Shown here piece after piece: positions 1-10,958 of a stretch of 64,000 bases of DNA. Position 1 is the stretch's first letter. Every line of letters starts with the position of its first letter. The notes beneath the pieces are model-generated. The model was not told the origin of the DNA and made no database searches. It saw nothing but the letters and a program-made list of their open reading frames with translations. The DNA lies in NCBI GenBank assembly GCA_000388065.2, contig KB932206.1. One strand, 5' to 3'. A program made the position numbers and the translations under genes. The stretch is from Fonticula alba ATCC 38817 (Eukaryota; Protista; Nucleariida).

Positions 1-718
1 GCGGACAGGCGGCCACGATCGCCGCCGATCCCGAACACACCGCAAGAGGGGCCGCAGGAGGGGGGCGAGGGGGGGCCGCCCGGGAGGCGCCCCCGCCAGC
101 CTGGCGTGCGCGAAGCAGCGGCCACCAACCCGCGCCGGGCCCGAGGAGCGCCCTCGGAGTGCCGAGGCCGAGTGCGCAAGCCAAGGACCGACCGGCTCCA
201 GGGCAGGCCACCCATCCCGAGGGGAGCCAACCATGTGGTGTCCCCGCGCACGAACGCGCACGCGGCCCAGACACTCCGGCGCTGCGTGAGGCTTCCTTTC
301 CCCGGTGGCGACTGGGCATCCGGCGCGACATCTCTTTGGCCCCCCCCCCCCCCCCCATCCGCGGACCTGGGCACAACACACCCCCATGCGCCTCCGTGCG
401 CAACAGCCCCCACAAGAAGCCGGGGGGAGGGGGGGGCCGTAGTCAACAAACAAGCGTCAGCCCCGCGGGCGCGCGTTGCTTGATCGTCCCGGAGGCCGGG
501 GGCTGGGGGCCGTCCTGCCAGCCCCCCACTCTCGGGGGGGCGATCGGCCCCACCCTGGCCCCCTCCTCGCCCGGCCAAGTGTACACGACGCCTGCCCCCC
601 CCCCCGCCTGCCGCCTGCCGCCTGCCGCCTCCTATCACCCTCTGAGCGAGACGCCGTGAGATCATCCTTAACCCTGGCCGGATGACCGCACGCCCGGATG
701 AAGTTTATATAATCCGGC

Positions 719-720
<2 letters not shown>

Positions 721-760
<40 letters not shown>
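721..760. repeat. (CCG)13 trinucleotide repeat beside a TATA-like element
   Basis: Uninterrupted CCG run at 721-759. TTTATATAAT lies at about 704-713 and reads TATATAAAC on the - strand. No supported CDS overlaps it. Confidence 0.9.
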
Positions 761-2621
761 AACAGCCGGAGCACAGCAACCGAGAGGAGGCTGCCCCTGC
801 CGGCGGCGCACCCATCGCGCCGCTCCCTCGACGAGATCCACGATCGGAGCGCACGGCCAGCGGAGAATGCGCCGGCTCGGGCCCCGAGCGCTTCTCCCCT
901 GCGCACATGCCTCGGGGGGGAACAAAATATATGGCCTGATTTTCGTCCGACCAGCCGGCTCGCCCGCCCCACCGGGCCCTGGCCGGAGAAACAAGCCCGC
1001 ATCATATGGAGCCGGCGCGGGGGGGGGGGGGGGGGCGCGGCACCCTGCCTGGCCCCCACGCACGCCGGCAGCAAGACCACATGCTCCTGAGCCGCGCTCA
1101 CCACCAAGGTGGGCGGAGGCCGGGTCGGGGGCGCTTCCCGGTGCGATATTCCGGACCGGGGAAGGTCGGCCGGCGAAGGAGCCTAGGCTGCCCGGGGGCG
1201 CAGAGTGCCGCCTGACACCGAAGCCAGCCCGAGCCTCGGTCCCAAGTATGGTGCCGAGCCGGGACGGCGGCGGAGAAGACAGGGCCGGCCTAGGCCGCCC
1301 TGTGCACCCCCCGCCCGGAAGCCCCCGCCCACTCCGCCGGCTTCTCTTTGCAGGGCGGGCCCGCGCCACACCCAGCAACGCACAGAGGGCCCCCGGCCGG
1401 TGCGGCGAGGAGGAGGCGGGGTGAAACTCGCTTCGATCTCGGACACCCACGAGCACGACCCGCTGGGCGTGCCCCCGCCCCGGTCAAGGGTGTGACCGGC
1501 CTGGGCCCCGCATCTCTCCGGGGCACGCCATGGTGGCAGATCGGCCGCGGCGGTCTGATCACCATCGCGCGGGTACCGGCAGGCGTGGTGGTTATTTTTC
1601 ACGCGGGCCCTGGGACTGGGCCCGTCGGCTCCGGTGCGGTTTCCCCTTCGGCTGGCCACCCCCGGCCGGCCTCGTCGCTTCCTCTGTCTCTCTCTCTCTC
1701 TCTCTCGCCCTCCACTTTGGCCTGGCATCTTCGCCGGCGCCCTCGGGAGCCATCCTCCCGGGGGCGCCTATACAGGCTGGGAAGGTCAAGCCCAGCCCAG
1801 CCCGGCTCCCCGCCCCCATACACAGGCGGCCACCCCAACCGGTTGCCCCTCCAGGTCCGGGTCGTCTAGTTTCCCGCCGCAGGGATCACGCCCCTTTGGT
1901 AGCTACACGGAAGGACATTGCCAGATCACGTACATTGGTGATCAGTTAACTCAAATGCACATGCGTTGGGAGTGCCCCGCTCCGATCCCGCCTCGCATTC
2001 CCCCAGCCCCCCCGCCCCCGCGAGTGTGCCCTCGGCCTGCGCATGAGCGCGCGCACTTTCGCGCGGGAATCCTGCTGGCGCCCGCGCAGCCTCGAGGGTC
2101 GGTTCGGGGCGTGTCGGCCAGCGCTCCCCGGGGGCCAGCGCTCTCAGGCCCACGCTCGCCCTTGATGTCCCCCCCCAGCCCCCCAGCCCCCTCCTCTTCC
2201 CTGGGTGGCGGCTGCCAGGGGACACAGCCACCTGTGTGCGCGCACTGGCACGTCCCGCATCCCGCCGGACGCCTGCTCCACCCCGCCCGGGCCCCCGCCC
2301 GGCCTCCCCATGTTACGTACCGAAATGTAGGGATGCCCCGACAAGGCGGCGCGTTTCTCCACATTTGGCCCACTTGTGACGTGTGGCGTGGAAGGGGGGG
2401 GCTATCGGGGAGGGGGGGAGGGGGGGGGGGGGGACACCCTGGGTCGGCTCCCCCCTCCCAACGATGCTGGCGCATGCTTGCCCGGAAGGAGCCGTCTCAA
2501 AAGGCACAGGCCAGGAGCCTCGAGCGTCCGTGGCCGCCCCCCACCCCCCTCCTCCCCCTCCCCCTCCCCCACCACCCCTCCTCCCCTTGTCTGCCTCCCT
2601 CGACCCTCGAAACCCGCCACC

Positions 2622-4994
2622 ATGGCTCTGATCGAGTACTCCATCGCCCAGAAGCAGCTTAAGGTACGGCCGGACCTCCGCACCCTCCCCTCCGGGCCCC
2701 TTTGCGCCGACCCGTCTCACCTGCTTCTTCAACCCCCCCCCCCCCCTGCCTCCGCNNNNNNNNNNNNNNNNNNNNNNNNNNNNNNNNNNNNNNNNNNNNN
2801 NNNNNNNNNNNNNNNNNNNNNNNNNNNNNNNNNNNNNNNNNNNNNNNNNNNNNNNNNNNNNNNNNNNNNNNNNNNNNNNNNNNNNNNNNNNNNNNNNNNN
2901 NNNNNNNNNNNNNNNNNNNNNNNNNNNNNNNNNNNNNNNNNNNNNNNNNNNNNNNNNNNNNNNNNNNNNNNNNNNNNNNNNNNNNNNNNNNNNNNNNNNN
3001 NNNNNNNNNNNNNNNNNNNNNNNNNNNNNNNNNNNNNNNNNNNNNNNNGCACATACATGCAGGAGGCCGACTTTTCCGACATGTTCACCGGGCGCCTGCG
3101 CACCGAGATCCCCCCCTCGCTGGAGCACCTGTGCGGGGCCCTCAAGTCGCAGAAGGCCCTGCGCATGCTGAATGTCTCGGACAATGCCGTTGGCCTGACC
3201 GGCGTCCAGGCCATGGCCCCGCTGCTGCGCGAGCACCGCACCCTCGAGCGCCTGTACATCACCAACTGCGGCCTCGGCCCGGCCGGCGGGTCTGGCCTGG
3301 CGGACGCCCTGCGCGGGATGATTGCCCCGGACGGCTCGTGCGCCCTGCGCATCCTCTACTGCAGCCGCAACCGCCTGGAGAATGTGGCCGCCGCGCGGAT
3401 GGGCGAGACCTTCGCCGCGCTCAAGTCCCTGCGGGAGGTTCGCCTCTTCCAGAATGGCATCCGGCCGTTCGGCATCTCGCGCCTGATCCTGGGCCTGGCG
3501 CACAACCCGGAGCTCCTGCGCCTGGACCTCGAGGACAACCTCATCCGGTATGCCGGCGCGCGCTTTGTGGCGCGCGCCCTCGAGGCCGGCTGCTGGCCCA
3601 ACCTGGCGTCCCTGATCTTGGGCGACTGCATGGTCGGCTCGCGGGGCACCGAGCGCATCGTGCGCGCCCTGGCCACCAAGGCCCCGGCCCCCACCGCCAC
3701 CACCACGGCCACCGCGCTCCCCACCCCGGAGGAGGGGCAGGTTGTCTCGCTGGAGAGCCTGGTCGGCACCGAGTATGCCGGTCTCCGCGAGCTGAACCTC
3801 GCCTATGCTGAGGCCAGCCCGACCGCCCTGGCCGGCCTGCCGGAGCTCCTGCGCGTCCATCCGCTGCTCAGTTCGCTGGTCCTCTCGGGCAACGAGCTGA
3901 AGGCCGATACCCTTGCCGGTGCGTGGTCCTCCTTTTTCCTTCTTTTTCCTCCTTCGCGTGCATGCCTCTGCTGGCTTTCCTTTTTCCATGTCTCCTCCCG
4001 CCCCCCCCTTCCTCCGTGGCTGACCGTGCTTCGGCTCTCGTGCCGCCCCTTTTTTTTGACCGATGGCTCCGGCCAACATGCACGCACGCACGCACGCACA
4101 CACGCACNNNNNNNNNNNNNNNNNNNNNNNNNNNNNNNNNNNNNNNNNNNNNNNNNNNNNNNNNNNNNNNNNNNNNNNNNNNNNNNNNNNNNNNNNNNNN
4201 NNNNNNNNNNNNNNNNNNNNNNNNNNNNNNNNNNNNNNNNNNNNNNNNNNNNNNNNNNNNNNNNNNNNNNNNNNNNNNNNNNNNNNNNNNNNNNNNNNNN
4301 NNNNNNNNNNNNNNNNNNNNNNNNNNNNNNNNNNNNNNNNNNNNNNNNNNNNNNNNNNNNNNNNNNNNNNNNNNNNNNNNNNNNNNNNNNNNNNNNNNNN
4401 NNNNNNNNNNNNNNNNNNNNNNNNNNNNNNNNNNNNNNNNNNNNNNNNNNNNNNNNNNNNNNNNNNNNNNNNNNNNNNNNNNNNNNNNNNNNNNNNNNNN
4501 NNNNNNNNNNNNNNNNNNNNNNNNNNNNNNNNNNNNNNNNNNNNNNNNNNNNNNNNNNNNNNNNNNNNNNNNNNNNNNNNNNNNNNNNNNNNCGCACGCA
4601 CACACGCACGCACACACGCACGCACACACGCACGCACACACGCACACACGCGCGCACGCACACACGCACACACGCACACACGCACGCATGCATGTCCCCT
4701 CCCGGCTGTCCGCCCCCCGTGCCCCTTTCACCTTTCCCCCTCACAGCCATCCGCGCCGTCGTGCGTGACATGACCTGCCCGGAGCTGCTCAACTATTCCG
4801 ACGATGAGGATAGCGAGGCCGATTCCGACGAGGGGTCCGACTCGGACTCCGACTCCGGCTCCGACTCCGAGGATGATGATGCCGGCTCCGAGGCCTTCAC
4901 CGATGACTCGGATGACATCTACGCCGCCGGGACCACTGCCGCCGGGACCGCCACCACCGAGCTGGAGTCCGCCCTGGAGAAGCTGTCCATCTGA
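2622..4994 (+). CDS. RANGAP1: Ran GTPase-activating protein (LRR domain plus acidic tail); exons 2622-2663, (gap)-3918, 4747-4994
   Basis: FSDMFTGRLRTEIPP matches the RanGAP catalytic-face motif. RI-type LRRs follow (LNVSDNAVG, SRNRLEN, LFQNGIRP, LDLEDN), then an Asp/Glu/Ser-rich tail. Donors GTACGG at 2664 and GTGCGT at 3919; acceptor CAG ends at 4746. About 45 N-terminal residues are hidden in the N-gap. Confidence 0.95.
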   Translation: MALIEYSIAQKQLKVRPDLRTLPSGPLCADPSHLLLQPPPPPASXXXXXXXXXXXXXXXXXXXXXXXXXXXXXXXXXXXXXXXXXXXXXXXXXXXXXXXXXXXXXXXXXXXXXXXXXXXXXXXXXXXXXXXXXXXXXXXXXXXTYMQEADFSDMFTGRLRTEIPPSLEHLCGALKSQKALRMLNVSDNAVGLTGVQAMAPLLREHRTLERLYITNCGLGPAGGSGLADALRGMIAPDGSCALRILYCSRNRLENVAAARMGETFAALKSLREVRLFQNGIRPFGISRLILGLAHNPELLRLDLEDNLIRYAGARFVARALEAGCWPNLASLILGDCMVGSRGTERIVRALATKAPAPTATTTATALPTPEEGQVVSLESLVGTEYAGLRELNLAYAEASPTALAGLPELLRVHPLLSSLVLSGNELKADTLAGAWSSFFLLFPPSRACLCWLSFFHVSSRPPLPPWLTVLRLSCRPFFLTDGSGQHARTHARTHAXXXXXXXXXXXXXXXXXXXXXXXXXXXXXXXXXXXXXXXXXXXXXXXXXXXXXXXXXXXXXXXXXXXXXXXXXXXXXXXXXXXXXXXXXXXXXXXXXXXXXXXXXXXXXXXXXXXXXXXXXXXXXXXXXXXXXXXXXXXXXXXXXXXXXXXXXXXXXXXXXXRTHTRTHTRTHTRTHTRTHARTHTRTHAHTHACMSPPGCPPPVPLSPFPLTAIRAVVRDMTCPELLNYSDDEDSEADSDEGSDSDSDSGSDSEDDDAGSEAFTDDSDDIYAAGTTAAGTATTELESALEKLSI
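2756..3048. other. Assembly gap hiding RanGAP N-terminal coding sequence
   Basis: N-run between exon 1 and the FSDMFTGRL exon. Other gaps: 4108-4592, 7147-7564, 9613-9702, 17518-17667, 34391-34518, 41292-41301, 46415-46447, 55362-55701, 57307-57546. Confidence 0.9.
4079..4688. repeat. (CACG)/(CACACG) microsatellite in a RanGAP intron, interrupted by a gap
   Basis: CACG/CACACG arrays on both sides of N-gap 4108-4592. Confidence 0.85.
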
Positions 4995-5421
4995 CAACCG
5001 AGCGGGTGATCTCCCTTTGCTTGCCGTTGTTCTGCGTCCATCCCCCAGTCCCCCTCGTGCGCGCGCGCCCTGTCCTAGATGCTTCGAGGGGGAGGGGGGG
5101 AAAAAAAAAAACCTCAAAAACCCAAATACGACTCCCCCCTCCCACCCAATCCATGCCCTTGTGCTGTCGTGTCCCTCCCCGGCGTTCCGGGCTCTTTTTC
5201 CCTGGATCTTCATTCCGACGCCTGTGCTCTCCTTCTTCTTTTTTTTGCCCCATCCCTCCGCCCCTGTTTGCCTCTGTCTCTCTCTCTCTCTCTCCCTGGC
5301 GCCCCTGCGCTCTGGTGTATGGCCTCGCGCGGGGGGCGCCGATGTACATGTGCACGGCTGCGTGTATGGGGCATTGGAAATGTGATTGGGCGGGCCATCG
5401 ATTGGCCCGGCGGTCCGTTGC

Positions 5422-6173
5422 TCATGCACGCTCCCCGAGGAAGTCCATGTGGTAGAGAATGGTCCGCCCGTAGAAGTCCGCCGGACGATCTAGCTGCAAG
5501 GTGACCCCCACACAGGCCGGGGCCCCGGAAGCGGCTGTCAAATCCAGCCGGGCCAGGTCGGCGGGCAGTGGCCCGGCCTCCGCCTCGGGAAGATGCCCAT
5601 ACACCAGAGGAAGGGTCTGGGGGGTGCTTCGATCGGCCGGGTAGACCAAAGCATGGACCAGACGCAAGCCCCCGGTGTCGGTGGGCACGGCAAAGAACAG
5701 GCGAATGCGCGAGCAGGAGAAGCCCCCCTGGAAGGTAAGCTGCACGTGCGTCAGGCGAACCGGCGTGGCAAAGGACGCCTGGATCAGGTGCGTCTTCTCC
5801 TGGGAGAGGTTGTGAGAGTGGCATTAGTGGCAAGGGTGGCGAGCGGGGGGGGCGGGGGGGGGCGGAGGGGGCGGAGGTCGGGATCTGTGTAGAGCAATGA
5901 CACGGGTGTGGCTCGGGCGTACAGGCAGCGATTGCCAGCAGGCGGTGCTGGCCCGGTCCAGGACGCTCTGGCTGGCCTGCGTGGAGGTTTGGCCCTCGGA
6001 GTACGAGGAAAAGCTGGCGGGTGGGGGAGCATGCGGCGGCCGGTTGGTGGTTAGGGCTCCGAGCCGGCCGGGTGGCCTGGGCGGGGGACAAATGCGGCCT
6101 GCAGCACGCACCGAAGCGGCCGGGACAGGAGAGTCCCCTGGCTCTGGGAGAGTATCCCGAGTGGACTGGCCAT
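5422..6173 (-). CDS. NR2C2AP: NR2C2-associated protein (TRA16)-like; exons 6173-6112, 6013-5923, 5799-5422
   Basis: The spliced product carries VLDRASTACWQS, QLTFQGGFS, YPADRSTPQTLP and DFYGRTILYHMDFLGE, collinear with the recalled human NR2C2AP motifs (LFDQDEETCWNS, QIQFQGGFS, YPEDNNSLQTFP, DFFGRVVIYHLRVLGE). The GT-AG junctions keep frame. Confidence 0.85.
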
Positions 6174-6713
6174 GGCTTATATATATGTGTGTGTGGGGGT
6201 GTGGGTGTGGGTCGGTGCACAATGTGGTCCGGAGACAAGGCACAGGAACGCGCGGAGGGGCGCGAGCAAGGCGAGGCACGGGCGGGAAAGGGAGCAGCGT
6301 ATGGTTTGCAAGAGGGAGACCAGGGGGGGGGGGGTGTCTGTTCAGGGTGCTGTGGCTTGAGGAGAAGGCGACCCCGGAGCCTGGCGGCGGGCGGCAAGGG
6401 CGGCACCTCCCGCTGGATCGCCCCAATCACGCCGGCAAGTCACGCCGGGCTTTCTCGGTGGGGCCGTGTGCCGCGCTCGATCGGCGGCGGCCCAAGGGGT
6501 GGATTGGCCCGAGGAGTGGCAGGTCCCGGTCCTCCGTCCCCCCGGGGTCTAAGGCGGAGGGAGTTGTGCGTGCGCCGGTGCGTGTGCGTGTGCGTGTATG
6601 TGCGTGGATATTCTTTTTCACTTTTAAACATGTAATTTCCTGCCGGATCTCTTGGTCAGCTTCTCTGTGTCCCCCCTCGCTCTGTCCGAAAGGTCATCGG
6701 GGGGAGGGGGGTA

Positions 6714-6859
6714 TGCTGTGATGAATGGTGGCTGGCTCGCGCCGATTAGGTTCTTGTCAGCGGCGATATCCCAGGGCGATACGCACAATGGGCTGTTCTT
6801 GCCGCTGTGCTCATCCTTTTCGTCGCACGATGGCCGGCTGGTCCGGGCGTCTGACGGCA
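6714..6859 (+). ncRNA. Weak candidate box C/D snoRNA-like element
   Basis: C box GTGATGA at 6718-6724, D box CTGA at 6851-6854, flanking TGCTG/CGGCA complementarity, and an internal CAGCGGC/GCCGCTG stem. No rRNA guide recognised, and the stem register is non-canonical. Confidence 0.15.
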
Positions 6860-8582
6860 AGACCGGGGGGGGGGGGAAGGGGGGGCTGGAGCGGAGCGAG
6901 GGAGACCCTTGGGGCGCGGGGATTTTACGCCAGCCGCGCGGAGCCCGGGTGTTTATCCCGGCAGGAGGGAAGGCCCGCATCCTGTCAGAATCCCCCCGGT
7001 CGAGGCAGGGCCGTGCTGGGCCGACGCCCAGACTTGGCAAAACCCTGGCCCGTCCTCGTAGGAGCCCTCGCGCCCTGGGCGTCGTCGCGTGAGAACACAC
7101 CCACACACCCGTGGCGGTTTCTCCTGTTCTCGCTTCGCCCGCCCCCNNNNNNNNNNNNNNNNNNNNNNNNNNNNNNNNNNNNNNNNNNNNNNNNNNNNNN
7201 NNNNNNNNNNNNNNNNNNNNNNNNNNNNNNNNNNNNNNNNNNNNNNNNNNNNNNNNNNNNNNNNNNNNNNNNNNNNNNNNNNNNNNNNNNNNNNNNNNNN
7301 NNNNNNNNNNNNNNNNNNNNNNNNNNNNNNNNNNNNNNNNNNNNNNNNNNNNNNNNNNNNNNNNNNNNNNNNNNNNNNNNNNNNNNNNNNNNNNNNNNNN
7401 NNNNNNNNNNNNNNNNNNNNNNNNNNNNNNNNNNNNNNNNNNNNNNNNNNNNNNNNNNNNNNNNNNNNNNNNNNNNNNNNNNNNNNNNNNNNNNNNNNNN
7501 NNNNNNNNNNNNNNNNNNNNNNNNNNNNNNNNNNNNNNNNNNNNNNNNNNNNNNNNNNNNNNNNCCCCCCCCCCTGCTGTGGGCCCCCTCCCCGGAGATG
7601 CTGGGGGAACATCGACCATGGGCGTCGTATGTGCGCCCGCTGAGGGCGGGCGTTGGTACGCGTGCGCCGGCGCCGGCGCCGGCAAATCACCAGCAGGCGC
7701 TTGGCGTGGGGTAGGTGTCTCACTGCGCGGCGCCGGGGCCATGTTGATCCTTGTCCCCCCCCCCCGTGGTCTCTGCCCCCCTGTTCCGTGTTGTATTGGC
7801 CGAGCACACGCACACTTGGCCATGCGCACGCCCCACATCCGTGAGCCCCCGAATTGAAGCCCAAATGCAGCCATTGATGCGCCCGCGGACGCGCCTATTT
7901 TCCCTTAGCAACTCTGATCAGGGCCGGGTGAGGCGCCCGCGCGCGCCCCAGCAATCGGCCGGGCCCCCGGCCGCTGCTGGCCCGATCCGGCTCGGCGTGC
8001 CCCGGGCCCGTTCCCCGCCCCCCCCCCCCCCCACCCCCCCCCATCCCCCTCCCGTCCCGCCCTGCTCCAACACCTGACCGATTATCTGTGCGTCACGAGC
8101 TGCCACCACGATGAATGATCCCCTCCCTCCCCCCCCCCCCCCCCCCGGGGCATTGCTCCCAGCCCGATCCACCACGTCCGCGGGTAGTAGTGGCCTCCCT
8201 GGCGGTGGTGGTCTACCCCCTTCAATAGTCTGCCCTGAGGAGCCGCCCCCCCCCAACCCCCCCCCCGGTTGGCCTCAAAGAAGCCGGGCCTCCAGGCCCC
8301 CTGGGCGCCTCGAATGCCCCCAGACGCGCTTCCACCCCCCATCTCTCCCCCCCCCGGGATCCGCAGGAATGAGAGGAAAACAGTGCAGCGCCGAGAGAGC
8401 CTCGGGCTTGTGGTCACCCAGCCCCACCTCTCCTCCTCTCCGCCCATCCCCCTCCTCCCCGTCTCCCCCTCTCCTCTTCACAGCCCCCACTTAGCCCCTC
8501 TCCCCCCTCCCCTTCCGCTGGTGGTGATCGCGCACGCGCGAGTACGCCTACCTCCTTCTCTTTCTCCTCGCTTGCGCTGTTG

Positions 8583-8630
8583 ATGGCCTGCTCCCCTCCG
8601 GCGGGCGCGCCCTGCATCCGCGTGAGATAG
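8583..8630 (+). promoter_or_regulatory. Candidate 15-codon uORF (MACSPPAGAPCIRVR*) ending 1 nt before the DENN ATG
   Basis: ATG at 8583 in frame with TAG at 8628-8630; main ATG at 8632. Confidence 0.3.
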
Positions 8631-8631
8631 C

Positions 8632-10926
8632 ATGGCTTCCCTGACAACCACCAGCGTTGGTGGTGACCTCGGTGGCCGGGCCCTCGGCCGGCACGCAGCC
8701 GGGCCCATCCGGGCCTCCGGGGTGTCCACTCCGGCAATCCCCTCTCCCACCGTGGAGGAGTCTCTCCCCGAACTGATGAGCCCGGAGGTTCTCACCGCCG
8801 GGGCCCTCCCCTCGGAGAAGCGCCTTGTCGATTATGTCCTCCTGTGTGGCGTCCCGGATGCCGATGCCCGGGCGTGCTTTCCCCCCGGGCCGGAGGGTAC
8901 GTTCTCCCCCTCGCCCTCTCTCTCCCTCTCCCTCTCTCTCTCTCCTTCCCTCCCTCCCTCCCTCCCCATTTGATGCCCATTCCGGGCCCACCTCCCACAC
9001 CCCTGGCTGACCGGCTAAACCCCTTCCTCAGTCCCGCCTGGCAGCGCGGTTCTCCACCGTCTCGAGCCAAAGGTCCTCTCCCGGTACCCGGATGCCTCTG
9101 GTAATCGGCCGGACTTTGCCCTCGATGAAGTGGCCGTCCCTTGGGTGCGTGCCCAGCATGCTCGCGCACGCGCACGCACACACACACACACACAGACCCG
9201 CATCTCCCCTTCCCACTTCGATGTCTGTGCTCCTTGCTGGCCAAGTCTGACTCTCCGACGTGCTGGCCCTCTCACACATCTCGTCCCCCCATTGCCCAGA
9301 TGTGCTTCCCGGCCGATGTGCCGGTTTTCGTCCGACGCAGCCCCCCAGCTCTGCCGCCTCCGTCGGTTGGCGGATCGGTGTCCAAGTTCCTCCCTCCGGC
9401 GGCCATTCCCCCGGTGGCAGAGCCACCGAGCGTCAGCGCCTCCTCCACTCCCCCGGGTGCCTCGACGGGCGGCCCGTCGCCCAGCAAGCGCCCAATTCGC
9501 GCCACCTCCGAGGGCATCGGCCTGCAAACGCGCTACCATGGATTTGTCCTGACCAAGCTCTGCGGGGTTCGTCCACTCACCTTTCCAGGCCGATACATCC
9601 ACCTCCTCCCCCNNNNNNNNNNNNNNNNNNNNNNNNNNNNNNNNNNNNNNNNNNNNNNNNNNNNNNNNNNNNNNNNNNNNNNNNNNNNNNNNNNNNNNNN
9701 NNCTCCGCCCCGACACTGCCTCCCAGACTCGTGCCTACGGCTACTGTCTGACTTTTGAGGAAACCTTCGCGGCACTCCCCCTGGTGACGCCGGAGTCCTT
9801 TGCCCCTCCGTCGTCTGGCATCCTGGACGTCCCGTCCGGCGGCGAGGCCCAAGACACCACCATGACCACGCCTCTTTGGTGTATGCCCCCCCCCCCGCAT
9901 TTCCTTTCTCTGGCGCCGGGCCGGTGTCCCCCCTAATCTGACACTCCTGTCCCACCTGCCTCCAGATACCACGTCCCTCTGCCTGTGCATCATTTCGCAC
10001 CATCCGCTGCACTCCTTCTTCCGCGCGGTGCTGGAGCATCTCCACTCATACTCCCTGGACCCGGCCCTCATGAAGCAAATGCCCTTCGAGGTGTGCGTAC
10101 CCCCCCCCCCCCCCCAGCGAGCCTTGCCTCCTCTGACTTCTCCCTCGCCGCCACGGCGCTTCGAGGGAGAAGTTACCCCACCACTCATGCCCCTGTCCCT
10201 CCCCCCCCCCTTTCCCCTTGCACTCACCCTTCTTCCTCTTCCCCCATCCCCCCCCCCTTCTCCGCTCCGCGCCCCGTCAGGCTGATCGGCTACTTGGCCA
10301 ATGATGTGCCGATCGCCGTTCCCGGAGCCGTGGCCATGCACGTGCCCTTCCGCATGGCAGCCACCTCCGGGGCACACCCCAAGCAGCGCCTCGACCCGAG
10401 CACCGTAGCCATCTTGCAGATCCCCATTGACAACGGCCTGCCGCCACTTTCCGTGCGTATCCGCATGACAATGCCCTTCCCCGGTGGGGGCCCTTTGTGC
10501 GGAGTTGCTGACTCGCTCTCCGTCTCTCGGTGACCCCGGTCTTCCCTCTGGGCGGCCTTGCCAAATGGCCAGATCCACATCCGACCCATGCTCGAGTGCC
10601 TTGGTGTGGACAATATTCTGGTCATCCTGGGCGCCATCCTCCTCGAGCAGAAGGTCATTTTCGTGTCCCGGTACAGCGACCTCCTGCTGGCAGTGCTGGA
10701 GTCCTTCTGCCAGCTGCTCTTTCCCTTCCAATGGCCGCATGTGTACATCCCCTGCCTGCCTTACCGGCTGCGGCATTACTTGGATGCGCCGGTCCCCTAC
10801 TTGATTGGCATCACCGAGGAGGCCTTTTCGATTGAGGACGTCCCGCCGGATGCCTGCTTCGTGGATCTCGACCATGGGGAGGTGTTCCTCCCGCCGGCCG
10901 AGGATGCCGGCCGCTTGAGTGGCACC

Positions 10927-10958
<32 letters not shown>

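Noticed and set aside
682-939. Poly-Pro ORF MTARPDEVYIIRPPPP...
   Set aside because: Arises from the CCG repeat; no splice or homology support.
10531-10533. TGA in frame with a DENN exon, suggesting selenocysteine or readthrough
   Set aside because: It lies inside an intron (GTGCGT donor near 10453, CAG acceptor near 10572); no recoding is needed.
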